64,000 nucleotides of DNA from Desulfatiglandales bacterium. Lineage in GTDB: Bacteria; Desulfobacterota; DSM-4660; Desulfatiglandales; Desulfatiglandaceae. Both the position numbers and the translations under genes were made by a program. The notes beneath the pieces were generated by a model. It was given only the letters and a program-made list of their open reading frames with translations. It had not been told where the DNA came from and ran no database searches. How positions within the stretch are numbered: position 1 is the stretch's first letter; each line of letters begins with the position of its first letter. Where the stretch lies: NCBI GenBank assembly GCA_963662465.1, contig OY759599.1, positions 4,640,001 through 4,704,000 on the forward strand, in the 5' to 3' direction. Below are positions 9,358 through 19,778 of this stretch, piece after piece.

Positions 9358-11543
9358 CTGTGGGGAAGGTCCACCTCAAAGGCTGACCCCACCCCCGGTT
9401 TCGATGTCACCGTAATGCGACCCCCGTGGACCTCCACAATCCTTCGGCAAATGGCAAGGCCCATGCCGACGCCCCCGTACCTGCCCATGGGGTGGAGCCG
9501 CTGAAAAGGCTCAAAGATTCGGTCTTTGTACTTCTCATCAAATCCGATGCCATTGTCCTCAACCGTTATCCGGCAATGGCCGCCGATTTCAAGGGCAAAT
9601 ACCTTGACCATCGGTGAAACCCCATCCCGCGCGAACTTGAACGCGTTGTCCATGAGGTGATGAAAGAGGTTCGTGATCCGTAATGCGTCTCCCTCAAGAA
9701 AGGGCAAATCCCCGATCTCCACGCACCCTCCCAGCCCCTTGTATCGGTTTTCAGCCAGCTCCAATGACACCTCCCTTACCAAACGGTCCATATCAACCGT
9801 CACCCATGAAAGGGAACCGGATCGAATACGGGAAAAGAGCAAAAGGCTATTGAGCATTTTCCGCATGCGGTCCGTGGACCGCTGCATGCGATCGATGTAG
9901 TCCTTTCCTTTTAGGCCCAGTTCGTTTGAATATCCCTTTTTCAGGCGATCCCCAAAGGTCCGCACCTTGCGAAGAGGCTCCTGCAAGTGGTGAGAGGCGG
10001 CAAAGGTAAGGTGCTCCAGTTCCTGATTGGTCCGGGTCAGTTCAAACATGGCCCTTTCCAGTTTTTTCTGGGTCTCTTTCTGCTGGGAAATATCCACTCC
10101 CACACCCACCAGACCCATTTTTTCGCCCACATCAAAACGTCTTCCCGTCAAATGGAAGGGGCTTTTCTTCCCGTCCTTTGAGAGAAAGGAGGCCTCCGTA
10201 GAGGCTTCCCCTTCACGAAACACCTCTTCAATGGAATTTGCCACCCGTTTTCCCTCTTCAGGGTCGAACAATTGGACGGGGTTTGCCTTTGACATCTCAT
10301 CTGCGGTAAGGCCGCAGACTTTTTCCAAATTTCTGTTCCAGCGGAGCAATTTCCCCTGACGATCAAAATGATAAAATACGCCGGGCATGCTCTCGATGAG
10401 GGAATCCCTGAACCGTTTTTCTTGAAACAGGGCCGTTTCCTTCTCCATCCGTTCAATATTCTCCATTTCCAAAGAGGCAATGGTTTTTTGAAGCGATTGG
10501 GTCATCGCATTAAAAGACTGGGCCAATTCACCGAATTCATCCGTCCGGTCCAGTTCAAGGGGGTCCCCCAGATCTCCCGCCTCGATTTTCCGGGCCTTTC
10601 GGGCCAGCACTTCGAGAGGCTTCACGATAAGCCGGTGGGTCATCAACCCCATCAGGACCACCGCTGCCAGGGCCAGGGCAAAAACGATCCCCAGCTTCCA
10701 TAAGAGCACGTAGGTGGGCTTGAGGATCTCCCTTTGTGACTTTTCCGTAATCACATGAAAGACCCGGTTGCCGAAGGGGACCGCCTCACTGGCCATTACC
10801 ACCTCATCCCCATGGAGTCCCAGAACGATCTTTTCGCTCGAAGGCGGAAGAGTGAACCCCGTGCCCCTGAGCACCACTGATGGGTCGGCGTGGGCAACGA
10901 TGCGGTTTCCGTCCGTCATATAAATCACCCCCCCGGGACCGGCATGAATCTGATCGATCACATGCCACATCTCCTTAAGGCGGATCTCCGCCAGAAGCAC
11001 GGCCCAGAGCTTTCCGGTCCGCACCTGCATGACGGGAAGGGCCACCCTCATTCGGGGTTCACCGGTCTCAGGATCAAACAGCACGGGGCCATGGCAGGCC
11101 CGGCCCAATGACAGCTGGGGAAGGTTCTCTTTGAGAAACGCCGTATCCGCGAAGGTTTGTCCCCTGGTAACGCAATCCCCATAAAAAGAGGCACAGCCCA
11201 GAACCTGGCCACCGGGGGTCACCAGCAGGATTTCGGCAAAGAGCGATGCATGGTTTTTGTGCTTGTGAGAAAGCAGCATGGACAGGGCCTCATCCCGCTG
11301 GGAACGATCCATGACCTCTAAATCCGCTACATCCAGGAAGATATACAGATGCTCATTTATGGACTTGAAGAACCCCGCGACTCTGGTGGATGCCATCCCG
11401 GTTGTGTTCGCCAGCTCAAGTGCGGCCTGTTCAAACCCGGACACATAGCTGTTTCGGATCACCAGCAAGCCCAGGAGAATCAACGGACCCAAAGCCAGTG
11501 CGGCGAAAATCAGTCGGAATTTTGTTCTCACGCTTCCTTTCAT
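9345..11543 (-). CDS. Membrane sensor kinase (Cache-HAMP-PAS-HisKA-HATPase)
   Basis: 2 TM, HAMP, PAS; ASHHLQEPLRKV; DNGIGF; GVGMGLAICRRIVEVHGG. Confidence 0.93.
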   Translation of the reverse strand: MKGSVRTKFRLIFAALALGPLILLGLLVIRNSYVSGFEQAALELANTTGMASTRVAGFFKSINEHLYIFLDVADLEVMDRSQRDEALSMLLSHKHKNHASLFAEILLVTPGGQVLGCASFYGDCVTRGQTFADTAFLKENLPQLSLGRACHGPVLFDPETGEPRMRVALPVMQVRTGKLWAVLLAEIRLKEMWHVIDQIHAGPGGVIYMTDGNRIVAHADPSVVLRGTGFTLPPSSEKIVLGLHGDEVVMASEAVPFGNRVFHVITEKSQREILKPTYVLLWKLGIVFALALAAVVLMGLMTHRLIVKPLEVLARKARKIEAGDLGDPLELDRTDEFGELAQSFNAMTQSLQKTIASLEMENIERMEKETALFQEKRFRDSLIESMPGVFYHFDRQGKLLRWNRNLEKVCGLTADEMSKANPVQLFDPEEGKRVANSIEEVFREGEASTEASFLSKDGKKSPFHLTGRRFDVGEKMGLVGVGVDISQQKETQKKLERAMFELTRTNQELEHLTFAASHHLQEPLRKVRTFGDRLKKGYSNELGLKGKDYIDRMQRSTDRMRKMLNSLLLFSRIRSGSLSWVTVDMDRLVREVSLELAENRYKGLGGCVEIGDLPFLEGDALRITNLFHHLMDNAFKFARDGVSPMVKVFALEIGGHCRITVEDNGIGFDEKYKDRIFEPFQRLHPMGRYGGVGMGLAICRRIVEVHGGRITVTSKPGVGSAFEVDLPHRIVD

Positions 11544-11556
11544 TCTTCAGCTCCCA

Positions 11557-12540
11557 TCACCGGATGATTTCATCGGCCTGCTTCAGAACGGCATCGGGGA
11601 TCTGTAAACCGATCAATCCGGCCGTCTTCAGGTTGACGGCCAGAAAAAACCGGGCGCGTTCCACGGGGAGTACGGCGGGGGATGTCCCCTTCAGAATCTT
11701 GTAGGCCAGGTGACTCAACTGCTCTCCCATGGCCTCTGCATTCAGACCGTACGACATCAATGCTCCGGCCCTGGCCCAGTCGGCCGAGTGGGTCTTGAGC
11801 GGCTTTTTGTCGTTAAGACAGGCCGCCACAAAAGGCTCAAGATAGGCCCCCCAGAAAGGGGAAGGCAACTGCCACACGGCCTGGACGTCCACCGGAATGT
11901 GCTTCAAAACGGTCAAAACATCCGCGTTGGAATGACACTCCCCGATCACCATTTCGATTTTCCGGTCGTCCGCCGCTTTTTTCAGGTCCTTCATCGTGAG
12001 AACCATGGCCTTGTCGTCGGGGTTGAAGGGGACATAGATCCGGTGCAAACCGGGAACCATTTTGGCCAGCCAGGCCAGGGCTTTGATCCCGGCGCCACCC
12101 ACATAAATGCCGGTGAAACGCCCTTCGGGCGCTTTCAGACTTCTCACCAGCCCGGCGCCCACCGGATCAGCCGCCGGCGCAAACAGGATCGGAACATCCA
12201 TCCCCTGGGTTGCCTTTTTGACCGTCAGGGTGACCGGGGTGGTCAAGGAGACGATCAGGTCGGGTTTCTCGGCAAGGATTCGTTTGACGGCCCCATCCAC
12301 CTTATCCATGCTGCCTAAAGGACCTTCGTAGAGGTAGCGGATGTTGTCGTTTTCCTGATAGCCCAATTGGGCCAGACCTGCTTTCAGACCCGCCACCGTA
12401 TCTTTCAGCACCGGGGTCACATTCACGATCCCCACAACGGCCTTGCGGGGTTTTTCCGTCCGGTCTTCGCAGGCCGCCGGTAAGACCATGAGCAGGCTGA
12501 CGGCGATGAGAAGCCTTCCTCGTGATAAGTTCATATTCAT
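11557..12540 (-). CDS. ABC-type substrate-binding lipoprotein (ABC_sub_bind-like), no permease nearby
   Basis: Lipobox LPAAC; DPVGAGLV.SL..P.G..TG; ILKG..PA.LPVE; VNLKTA..IGL.IP. Confidence 0.88.
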   Translation of the reverse strand: MNMNLSRGRLLIAVSLLMVLPAACEDRTEKPRKAVVGIVNVTPVLKDTVAGLKAGLAQLGYQENDNIRYLYEGPLGSMDKVDGAVKRILAEKPDLIVSLTTPVTLTVKKATQGMDVPILFAPAADPVGAGLVRSLKAPEGRFTGIYVGGAGIKALAWLAKMVPGLHRIYVPFNPDDKAMVLTMKDLKKAADDRKIEMVIGECHSNADVLTVLKHIPVDVQAVWQLPSPFWGAYLEPFVAACLNDKKPLKTHSADWARAGALMSYGLNAEAMGEQLSHLAYKILKGTSPAVLPVERARFFLAVNLKTAGLIGLQIPDAVLKQADEIIR

Positions 12541-12986
12541 TCTCCCGGAAGTTCCACGATCTGGATCCAGTATTTTCCAAGGGTCTTCACTACCTCAACC
12601 AGTCCATCGAAGGTCACCGGTTTGACGATGAACGAGTTCACCCCCAGATCATAGCTTTTCAGGATATCCTCCTCAGCCTTGGAGGTGGTCAACACCACAA
12701 CGGGAATGCGCCGAAGATTCGGATCAGCCTTGATCTCTCCCAGGGCTTCCCGACCGTCCTTTCGGGGCATGTTCAGGTCCAGGAGGATCAATCCCGGCCG
12801 GGGGGAATCGTTCGGATTCACATATTTTCCCCTGCGAAGAAGGTAGTCCATCAACTCCTCTCCATCCTCCACGAACCGCAGGTCATTGGTCAGCCGGCAC
12901 TCGTCAAAGGCATCCTGGGTCAACAGACGATCGTCCGGATCATCATCGGCCATGAGGATCATAATCGGATTTGTGGATTTATCCAT
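12537..12986 (-). CDS. Single-domain response regulator (Rcp1-like), paralog of 8755-9210
   Basis: ILMADDDPDD, LLDLNMPRKDGREAL, FIVKP. Confidence 0.95.
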   Translation of the reverse strand: MDKSTNPIMILMADDDPDDRLLTQDAFDECRLTNDLRFVEDGEELMDYLLRRGKYVNPNDSPRPGLILLDLNMPRKDGREALGEIKADPNLRRIPVVVLTTSKAEEDILKSYDLGVNSFIVKPVTFDGLVEVVKTLGKYWIQIVELPGE

Positions 12987-13073
12987 GTTTCGACGTCTCC
13001 TTTTGTTGTTGGGCGGCCGTCATTTGGTTGTCACTGCCCCCTGACGACTATCTTCCAACCTTGGCCTTCTTTT

Positions 13074-13120
13074 CAATCAACAATCATCAATCAACAATCA
13101 TCAATCAACAATCATCAATC
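13074..13120. repeat. Heptamer tract (CAATCAA/CAATCAT)n
   Basis: Read directly; encodes the kinase C-terminus IDDC and its stop. Confidence 0.9.
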
Positions 13121-15423
13121 CCAACGGGCAGGGTCACAATGAAGGTGGATCCCCGGCCCGGTTCACTTTTGACGGCAATGCTTCCGCCGTGCCGTTCCAC
13201 GATCTTGCGGCAGACCGTCAGCCCGATGCCCGTTCCCGGGTACTCGGATCGGCCGTGCAGCCGCTGAAACGGCTGAAAGATGCGCTCCGCATACTTTTCT
13301 TCAAACCCGATACCGTTGTCTTCCACATGGATGCGGCACAGGGCGCCCTTTTCGGACGCGTCCATAACGGCATAAATTTTCACCAGAGGCGTTACCTCCG
13401 GTCTCCGATATTTAAAGGCATTGCTCAGAAGGTTCTGCATCAATTGGCGAATCTGCGACGGATCAGCTTCAATGACCGGCAGATCCCCGATTTCAAAGAG
13501 CCCCCCGCATTCATCGATGGCCACCTCCAGATCGGAGAGTACCTTCTGTATCTCCCGTGAGAGATCCACCGGGACAAAAGTCTCTCCCTGTGTGGTGACC
13601 CGGGAAAGGGAAAGCAGGTCCTGGATCATGGTGGCCATCCTTCGACCCGCCCCCTGCATGCGGGCCAGATAATCGCGTCCTTTTTCATCTACCTGGTCTC
13701 CATATCGGGCCACGAACCGGTCTCCGAAGGCCTGGACCTTTCGCAGGGGCTCTTGAAGATCGTGAGACGCCACATAAGCGAACTGCTCCAGTTCCTGGTT
13801 AGATCGCATCAATTTTGCGGTACGATCTTCCACCATCTGTTCCAGATGCACTCGATGCTGCCGCAGTTCAGTAATGTTTTCAATGCCGGCGATCAGGTTG
13901 ACCGGCCGGCCTTCCTTATCTCGAACCAGGGAAACGGACACCTTGACCCAGACCTCGTGACCCTGTTTGTGAATCAATCGCTCCTCTCGATGGTAGTGGG
14001 GGATCTCCCCCTTCAGGAGCCGGGCCAACTGGAGCAATTCTTCCTCCAGGTCCAGGGGATGAACCAGGGATTGAAAGGGTTTTCCGATCAAAGTCTTCTC
14101 ATCATACCCCACAATCTCACAGAAGGCGCCATTGACCTGAACGAAGCAGCCATCCGTATCACCCATGACCATGCCGATGGCGGCCGTATTGAAAAAGCCG
14201 CGAAATCGTTCCTCGCTTTCCCTGAGAGCCGTCTCTTCCCGTTTTCGTTGGGCGGCCATTTCATTAAAAGCGGCGGCCAACTGCGCCATCTCATCCCTGC
14301 CCGCTACCGGTATCCGGTAATCCAGCCGGCCTTGTCCGATCTCGCCTGCGCCCCGGATCAGCTCGGCAATGGGTTTCGTGATGGAGCGGGACATGAAAAG
14401 GACGATCAGAATGGCCACCGCGATCAAAAAAAGGGAGACCACCAGTATCCGGTTTCTCAGGGAAAAAGCCGGTGCCAGCACCTCTTGAACGTCATGACCC
14501 ACCACAAGGATCCATCCCAGCCCCTGAAACCCCCGATATCCTTGGGAGCGGGCATAGGAATAGAGAATTTTTTTCCCTTCCGAATCCCCCAGAAAGGTAC
14601 CATTCTCACGCCTTATCTTCTTGAAAAACCCGGTCCCTGACAGATCTTCCAGGAATTGAAAGGCCTTGGTGCTGTAAATCAGCCTCCCGTCTTCCGTGAT
14701 CACCTGGACGCGGGTGGTTTCATATTTTTTTGTGGCCATCTCGGCCTCCCGCACAATCCCCTTGGTATCCACCACCGCCTTCATGACCCCGGCAAAGTCC
14801 CCCGTTGCATCCACAATCCTGATGCCAAGGGAGATGGCGTAGGTGCGAGAGCTTTCGTCATACGCCACATTGCCCACGGAAAACCCACTCTCCCTGGCCA
14901 CCTGCCACCAGGATTCATCATCCTGGCGGTAATCCAAAGTCTTATGGGTTTCCGCGATAACGGCGCCAAACCGATTGGTGACAAAGATCTCCCCGAAGAC
15001 CGGGTATCCATAGCGTCTCTCATAGTATTGCGCAATTTCCTTTCTGATGCTGTCGGAAAGGGGATTTTCAATCAGGCCTTTCATGAAAGGGGTGATCTCT
15101 CCCCCTGGGACCGAAACCCATGCCTTTTCTTTTCCATCAATCCATGCTGAAACATTGCCGAATTCCTCAAACTGCCGGTTGGATTCCATCAGAATCTTCT
15201 GAAACAGAAAATGAGACGTATGGACGCGAAGGGCCTCGCCCTTCAGATAGATGTCGCGGTTAATGGTTTTCAACATCTCCTCGGCCAGGAATATGGAGGT
15301 TTTGCCCACGGAATTTTCCAACGACTTCTCACCGGTATGCACCGAATAGAGGCCCATAACCGTCATAAGCAGAACAACCGGAACAAACCCGGCCAGCAGT
15401 TTAACACCTATTTTCATGTTCAT
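13105..15423 (-). CDS. Membrane sensor kinase (dCache-HAMP-PAS-HisKA-HATPase)
   Basis: FAYVASHDLQEPLRKV; NLLSNAFKY; GTGIGL. Confidence 0.95.
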   Translation of the reverse strand: MNMKIGVKLLAGFVPVVLLMTVMGLYSVHTGEKSLENSVGKTSIFLAEEMLKTINRDIYLKGEALRVHTSHFLFQKILMESNRQFEEFGNVSAWIDGKEKAWVSVPGGEITPFMKGLIENPLSDSIRKEIAQYYERRYGYPVFGEIFVTNRFGAVIAETHKTLDYRQDDESWWQVARESGFSVGNVAYDESSRTYAISLGIRIVDATGDFAGVMKAVVDTKGIVREAEMATKKYETTRVQVITEDGRLIYSTKAFQFLEDLSGTGFFKKIRRENGTFLGDSEGKKILYSYARSQGYRGFQGLGWILVVGHDVQEVLAPAFSLRNRILVVSLFLIAVAILIVLFMSRSITKPIAELIRGAGEIGQGRLDYRIPVAGRDEMAQLAAAFNEMAAQRKREETALRESEERFRGFFNTAAIGMVMGDTDGCFVQVNGAFCEIVGYDEKTLIGKPFQSLVHPLDLEEELLQLARLLKGEIPHYHREERLIHKQGHEVWVKVSVSLVRDKEGRPVNLIAGIENITELRQHRVHLEQMVEDRTAKLMRSNQELEQFAYVASHDLQEPLRKVQAFGDRFVARYGDQVDEKGRDYLARMQGAGRRMATMIQDLLSLSRVTTQGETFVPVDLSREIQKVLSDLEVAIDECGGLFEIGDLPVIEADPSQIRQLMQNLLSNAFKYRRPEVTPLVKIYAVMDASEKGALCRIHVEDNGIGFEEKYAERIFQPFQRLHGRSEYPGTGIGLTVCRKIVERHGGSIAVKSEPGRGSTFIVTLPVGIDDC

Positions 15424-15457
15424 TGGCTGGTTTCCTTATTAAATCCCAAAATCGTAT

Positions 15458-16561
15458 CTACCGGAGAAACGCGATCTTCCCATCAACAATGCGGGCCGGA
15501 TGAAGGGGAATGATGATATCCCGTGTTCCGGGCTTCATTTCAATTTCCCCGAAGATCCCAGGATAGATGAACCCCGCCGCCAGCAATTTTCGAAGGCTTT
15601 CCCGGGTAATCTCCCTGCCCTCCAGGAGACCCGCCAGCAGCTTGACCATATCGTACCCGCTGGCTGCCTGATGCGTCAGCACCTTTCCATAGCGGGCATC
15701 ATATTTCTCTTTGACTTCCCGGGCAAAGAGGAAATTGTCGTTATAGATCAGGGGAGCGGGCACATAGACGCCATTCACTTCAGGGTTCCCCGCCAAAGCG
15801 GTTACGCCGGATGCGCCCAGAATATGTCCGGGGTATTCAGTCGCTTTGAGTGCCCGAATGCCCTCCTCCTCGTTCTTGACAAAGCCCACCACAAAGACGG
15901 CTTCCGTGTTTCGGATTTTGGCGATGGCCGACGTCCAATCGGGGTTTCTGATTGAAAAGGGAGCCGCGACTACGGTGCCGCCCGAAGCCTCAAACCCCTT
16001 TTTGAGAGCAGAAAAAGCAGAGATCCCGTACTCCTCATCCTGGTAAAAAATGCCCAGTTTGTGAACCTTCAAGCGTTCCAGAATAAAAAGGATCGCACGG
16101 GCTTCATCCTCCGGCATGGTATAATACTTGTAGCACCATGGGTTAACCCGGGTAAATTCCGACGTGGCCACCACCAGACCCGCAAGCACCACCTGATTTT
16201 CCCTGGCCAGGGGGGCCAGCTTCATGGCAATCGCACTGTTGGTGGCCACATAGAACAATGGATGGTTTTCCTTTTCAATGTTTTCGAAGGCCCGAGCCCC
16301 TTCCTCCGGGTCTGATTTACTGTCCCGGACGATCAATTCCATTTCCCTTCCGTTGATGCCGCCCCAGGCATTGACCTCGGATATCGCCATTTGCATCCCG
16401 TCTCTCACATCCACCAGATGAGAAGCGGGACCCGACATGGATATAATAGCCCCGATCTGAATTTTCTCTTTTTCCCACAGGCGCAGGACCAACAGCACCG
16501 GCAAAAGCACCAACAGGACCAAAACCGCGACAAGACTCCAAATCCATTTTTGTTTTCCCAT
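15458..16561 (-). CDS. Periplasmic binding protein (LivK/Peripla_BP_6-like), no permease nearby
   Basis: IQIGAIISMSGP...EVNAWGGINGREMELIVRDSKSDP. Confidence 0.88.
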   Translation of the reverse strand: MGKQKWIWSLVAVLVLLVLLPVLLVLRLWEKEKIQIGAIISMSGPASHLVDVRDGMQMAISEVNAWGGINGREMELIVRDSKSDPEEGARAFENIEKENHPLFYVATNSAIAMKLAPLARENQVVLAGLVVATSEFTRVNPWCYKYYTMPEDEARAILFILERLKVHKLGIFYQDEEYGISAFSALKKGFEASGGTVVAAPFSIRNPDWTSAIAKIRNTEAVFVVGFVKNEEEGIRALKATEYPGHILGASGVTALAGNPEVNGVYVPAPLIYNDNFLFAREVKEKYDARYGKVLTHQAASGYDMVKLLAGLLEGREITRESLRKLLAAGFIYPGIFGEIEMKPGTRDIIIPLHPARIVDGKIAFLR

Positions 16562-16590
16562 ATTTTATCCCCATCCGGCCGGACCGGCCA

Positions 16591-16974
16591 TCAGTTTGAT
16601 ACACTCTCGATGGCTCTCATCCTGTTTGCCATATGATCCAGGCTCATTTTCAGGATACTCCGATCCACCGGTTTGGCCAGATATTGATCGATCCCCTGTT
16701 TCCGGACCGCCAGTTCCAGATCCCGCGTATTAAAACCGGTCATGGCAATAATGTGGATACGGGGATTCAACATTCTGAACCCGGGAATCAGCGTATGGCC
16801 CTGGCAATCGGGCAGAAAGATATCCAGCAACACCCCATCGAAGGACCCTTCTCCCAGTTTTTTGACGGCCTCTTTGCCCGTATAGGCGTTTTCAGCCCTG
16901 TAACCCCATTTTAGAATGCGCTGTTTCAGCATTTTCCCCAGCATTGGATCATCTTCTACAATAAGGATTTTCAT
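16591..16974 (-). CDS. Single-domain response regulator
   Basis: KILIVEDD, LLDIFLPD, AMTG, YLAKP. Confidence 0.93.
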   Translation of the reverse strand: MKILIVEDDPMLGKMLKQRILKWGYRAENAYTGKEAVKKLGEGSFDGVLLDIFLPDCQGHTLIPGFRMLNPRIHIIAMTGFNTRDLELAVRKQGIDQYLAKPVDRSILKMSLDHMANRMRAIESVSN

Positions 16975-17030
16975 GAAGCGTCCTCGAAAAAAAGCGGTTT
17001 ACGGCTCAAAGCTTCCCTACACCCTATTTA

Positions 17031-17046
17031 TGCAAAAAATGGGCCG
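17031..17046 (-). promoter_or_regulatory. Candidate sigma54 -24/-12 promoter
   Basis: Minus strand CGGCCCATTTTTTGCA (GG-N10-GC), ~55 bp upstream of ATG 16974, with AT-rich region upstream. Confidence 0.65.
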
Positions 17047-17134
17047 TTTGTTGGCGACATAATATAACATACTGTTTACAAACGTGAATTTATAAATGAA
17101 AAGACGTGGAATTAAAAAAATGAACCATGACGAT

Positions 17135-17222
17135 TATGCCATATTTGACACAGCAGAGGAATAAAAACGGGCTAACGTATTGGAATATTGAAAGATTAAA
17201 AGACTACGCCATAAACGGCATA
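17135..17222. promoter_or_regulatory. Two candidate enhancer (EBP-binding) dyads
   Basis: TATGCCATATTTGACAC (17135-17151) and TACGCCATAAACGGCATA (17205-17222), 90-175 bp upstream of the sigma54 site. Confidence 0.4.
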
Positions 17223-17230
17223 ACATCGGC

Positions 17231-19132
17231 CTATATCAGCTGATATCGTTTCAGCTTTCGATAAAATGTTCGTTCGGGGATCTCTAGAACGGCCGCGGTT
17301 TTCCCCTTGTGCCAGCGATTCCGGTCCAGAACCTGCGAGATATATCGCTTTTCAAAGTCCTCGAGAGCCTGCCGCAAACCCACCCCATCGGCAACCGGAA
17401 CCTCCCCGTTCTGAACGACTTCAGGTCCGGCCGGGACCGACGGTCCCTCCAAAAAATCAATCTGTTTAACGGTAAAATATCGATGCAGAACATTTTGAAG
17501 TTCCCGGACATTTCCCGGCCAATCATGGCTGCAAAGGGTCCCCATCAAATGCCCCGGCACGGTCCGCGGCTTTTCCGAGCCATAATGAACCCGGGTGAAG
17601 TGATCGATCAGGAGGGGAATGTCATCTCTTCGGTCTCTCAAAGGCGGCAATCGAATGCCAACCACATGGATCCTGTAGAAAAAATCCTCCCTCATGGCGC
17701 CCGCCGCCACAAGAGCGGCCAGATCCCTGTTGGTGGCGGCGATAATCCGAACATCCCTTTTTAACATGATGCTGCTCCCCACCGGCGAGTAACCGCCCCC
17801 CTCGATGGCCCGCAACAGTTTCACCTGCATGCCGGGGGTCAACTCCCCGACCTCGTCCAAGAAAAGGGTGCCCCCCTGTGAGAGGCCGAAGAAACCGTGG
17901 GTCTCCACGCCGGCCCCGGTAAAGGCGCCGCGCTTGTGACCGAAAAATTCACTTTCAAACAGCGCCTCGGGAATGGCGCCGCAGTTGACCGGCACAAAGG
18001 GCGCCTCGACGCGATCACTGAGATCGTGAATGGCACGGGCCACCAGTTCCTTCCCCGTACCCGATTCTCCTTCAATCACCACATTCGCATCCGTCTTCGA
18101 GACGTTCAGGATATGATCATACACTGCCTGCATAGCCGGACTCTTCCCCACCAGATTCCCGAATCGGTAACGTTCTTTGATGGCGGCCTTCAGCTTGATA
18201 TATTCCGTCCTGAGATGTTCCGCTTCGTTTTCCACGGCAGCTTCACGGGCCTTTGTCTCGGTGATATCCCGCACCGTGGCCAGGCAGGCGGGTCCCGCAT
18301 CCCAATCGACGGGGCTCAAGTGCCACTGGGTCCAGATTTCACATCCATCAACCCCGGCATAGGGCGCCTCGAAATCGTCCACGGATTTCCCTTCCCCAAC
18401 CTGCTTCAAAATGTTCAGAAATATTTCTCTATGGGGAGAGGGAAAGTTATGGGCCAGGTCTCCACCCAGAAGCGTCTCCCTGGAAATTTCCAACAGGGCG
18501 GCCAGGGCGGGGTTCACAAACTGAACACGTCCCTGTTGCAGAATAATGATGCCATCCGATGATTTTTCGGCAAGTATCCGGTAGTGCTCTTCGCTGGCTC
18601 GCAACTGCGCCTCGCGTGCCATCAACGCCTGTTCCTTCAGCTTGCGGCCTTCGATTTCGGCGTGAAGCCGCCTGTTGGCCTCGGACAGTTCAGCCGTTCG
18701 CACCGCCACCTGGGACTCCAACCGTTCGCCGGCCTTACAAAGCAGCGCCTCATGCCGCTTTTGCTCCAGGGAATATCGAATGGATCGTTCAAGAAGTTCC
18801 GAGTTCAGGCTATTTTTGACCAGATAATCGGCGGCGCCGGTTTCCACCGCGGCCATATCGATATTGTGATCGCCCATCCCGGTCAAAATGATCAAAGGCG
18901 CTTTACACCCCATGTCAATGGCGGTTCGAACCAGGTCAAGGCCGTCCTTCTCCCCGAGGCGATAGTCCACGAGATAGATATCGTGTCTTGATTTCTCGAT
19001 TTCTTCCAGGGCTTCCCGGTAGGTTGAAACCCACTCAAGGATGAAATCGCCTCGGGCCTCGTGGAGGAGATCCCGGGTCAGGAGATAATCCTCCTCATCA
19101 TCTTCCACCAACAGTACCTTCACCATTGTCAT
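17231..19132 (-). CDS. Sigma54-dependent activator REC-PAS-AAA+-HTH (NtrC family)
   Basis: GESGTGKEL, GAFTGA, LFLDEVGE, WPGNVRELQN, Fis-type HTH; start probably 19132 or 19126. Confidence 0.96.
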   Translation of the reverse strand: MTMVKVLLVEDDEEDYLLTRDLLHEARGDFILEWVSTYREALEEIEKSRHDIYLVDYRLGEKDGLDLVRTAIDMGCKAPLIILTGMGDHNIDMAAVETGAADYLVKNSLNSELLERSIRYSLEQKRHEALLCKAGERLESQVAVRTAELSEANRRLHAEIEGRKLKEQALMAREAQLRASEEHYRILAEKSSDGIIILQQGRVQFVNPALAALLEISRETLLGGDLAHNFPSPHREIFLNILKQVGEGKSVDDFEAPYAGVDGCEIWTQWHLSPVDWDAGPACLATVRDITETKAREAAVENEAEHLRTEYIKLKAAIKERYRFGNLVGKSPAMQAVYDHILNVSKTDANVVIEGESGTGKELVARAIHDLSDRVEAPFVPVNCGAIPEALFESEFFGHKRGAFTGAGVETHGFFGLSQGGTLFLDEVGELTPGMQVKLLRAIEGGGYSPVGSSIMLKRDVRIIAATNRDLAALVAAGAMREDFFYRIHVVGIRLPPLRDRRDDIPLLIDHFTRVHYGSEKPRTVPGHLMGTLCSHDWPGNVRELQNVLHRYFTVKQIDFLEGPSVPAGPEVVQNGEVPVADGVGLRQALEDFEKRYISQVLDRNRWHKGKTAAVLEIPERTFYRKLKRYQLI

Positions 19133-19778
19133 CCTCGTAGAGAGACATCTCGGGATATAATTCCTTGGCGCATTTGGGGCAGATACCGTGGCTGAATTGA
19201 ATCCCCGCATGTTCATCAAAATAGGCTTCAAGCCGTTTCCAGTATCCGTCATCGTCTCGAATATTTTTGCAGTGCGAGCAGATGGGCAGGATGCCCCTGA
19301 GGGTTTTGATCTCCTCCAGCGCTTCTGAAAGTTCCCTGTTCGTTTTTTCCAGATGGGCGTTTTTCGCCTCGAGTTCCAAACTGAGACGCCTCAGGGTCAG
19401 GTGTGTTTCAATCCGGGCCAGCACTTCCTCCGTTTGAAAGGGTTTGCTGATATAATCCACCCCTCCCGCGCTGAACCCTTTCACTTTGTCCGCCACTTCG
19501 CCCAAGGCACTGAGAAAAATCACCGGCACGTCTTTGAGCCCCATGTGCGTTTTTAGCGCCTTGCACACCTCGTAGCCGTCCATTTCGGGCATAAGGATAT
19601 CCAGTAAAATAAGATCGGGCGCTTCCATATTCGCCGCTTCCAGGGCAGCCTTTCCGCTCAGGGCGGGGCGGACCCTGTATCCCTCATTTCCCAAGGCGTC
19701 CACCAGAAGTCTTACATTCTCACGGGTGTCGTCCACAACCAAAATATCCGCTTTGTAATGGTTCATTTCCATGCTCAT
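19098..19778 (-). CDS. Response regulator with C-terminal Cys/His-rich domain
   Basis: Receiver + LRGILPICSHCKNIRDDDGYW...FSHGICPKC. Confidence 0.9.
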   Translation of the reverse strand: MSMEMNHYKADILVVDDTRENVRLLVDALGNEGYRVRPALSGKAALEAANMEAPDLILLDILMPEMDGYEVCKALKTHMGLKDVPVIFLSALGEVADKVKGFSAGGVDYISKPFQTEEVLARIETHLTLRRLSLELEAKNAHLEKTNRELSEALEEIKTLRGILPICSHCKNIRDDDGYWKRLEAYFDEHAGIQFSHGICPKCAKELYPEMSLYEDDNGEGTVGGR

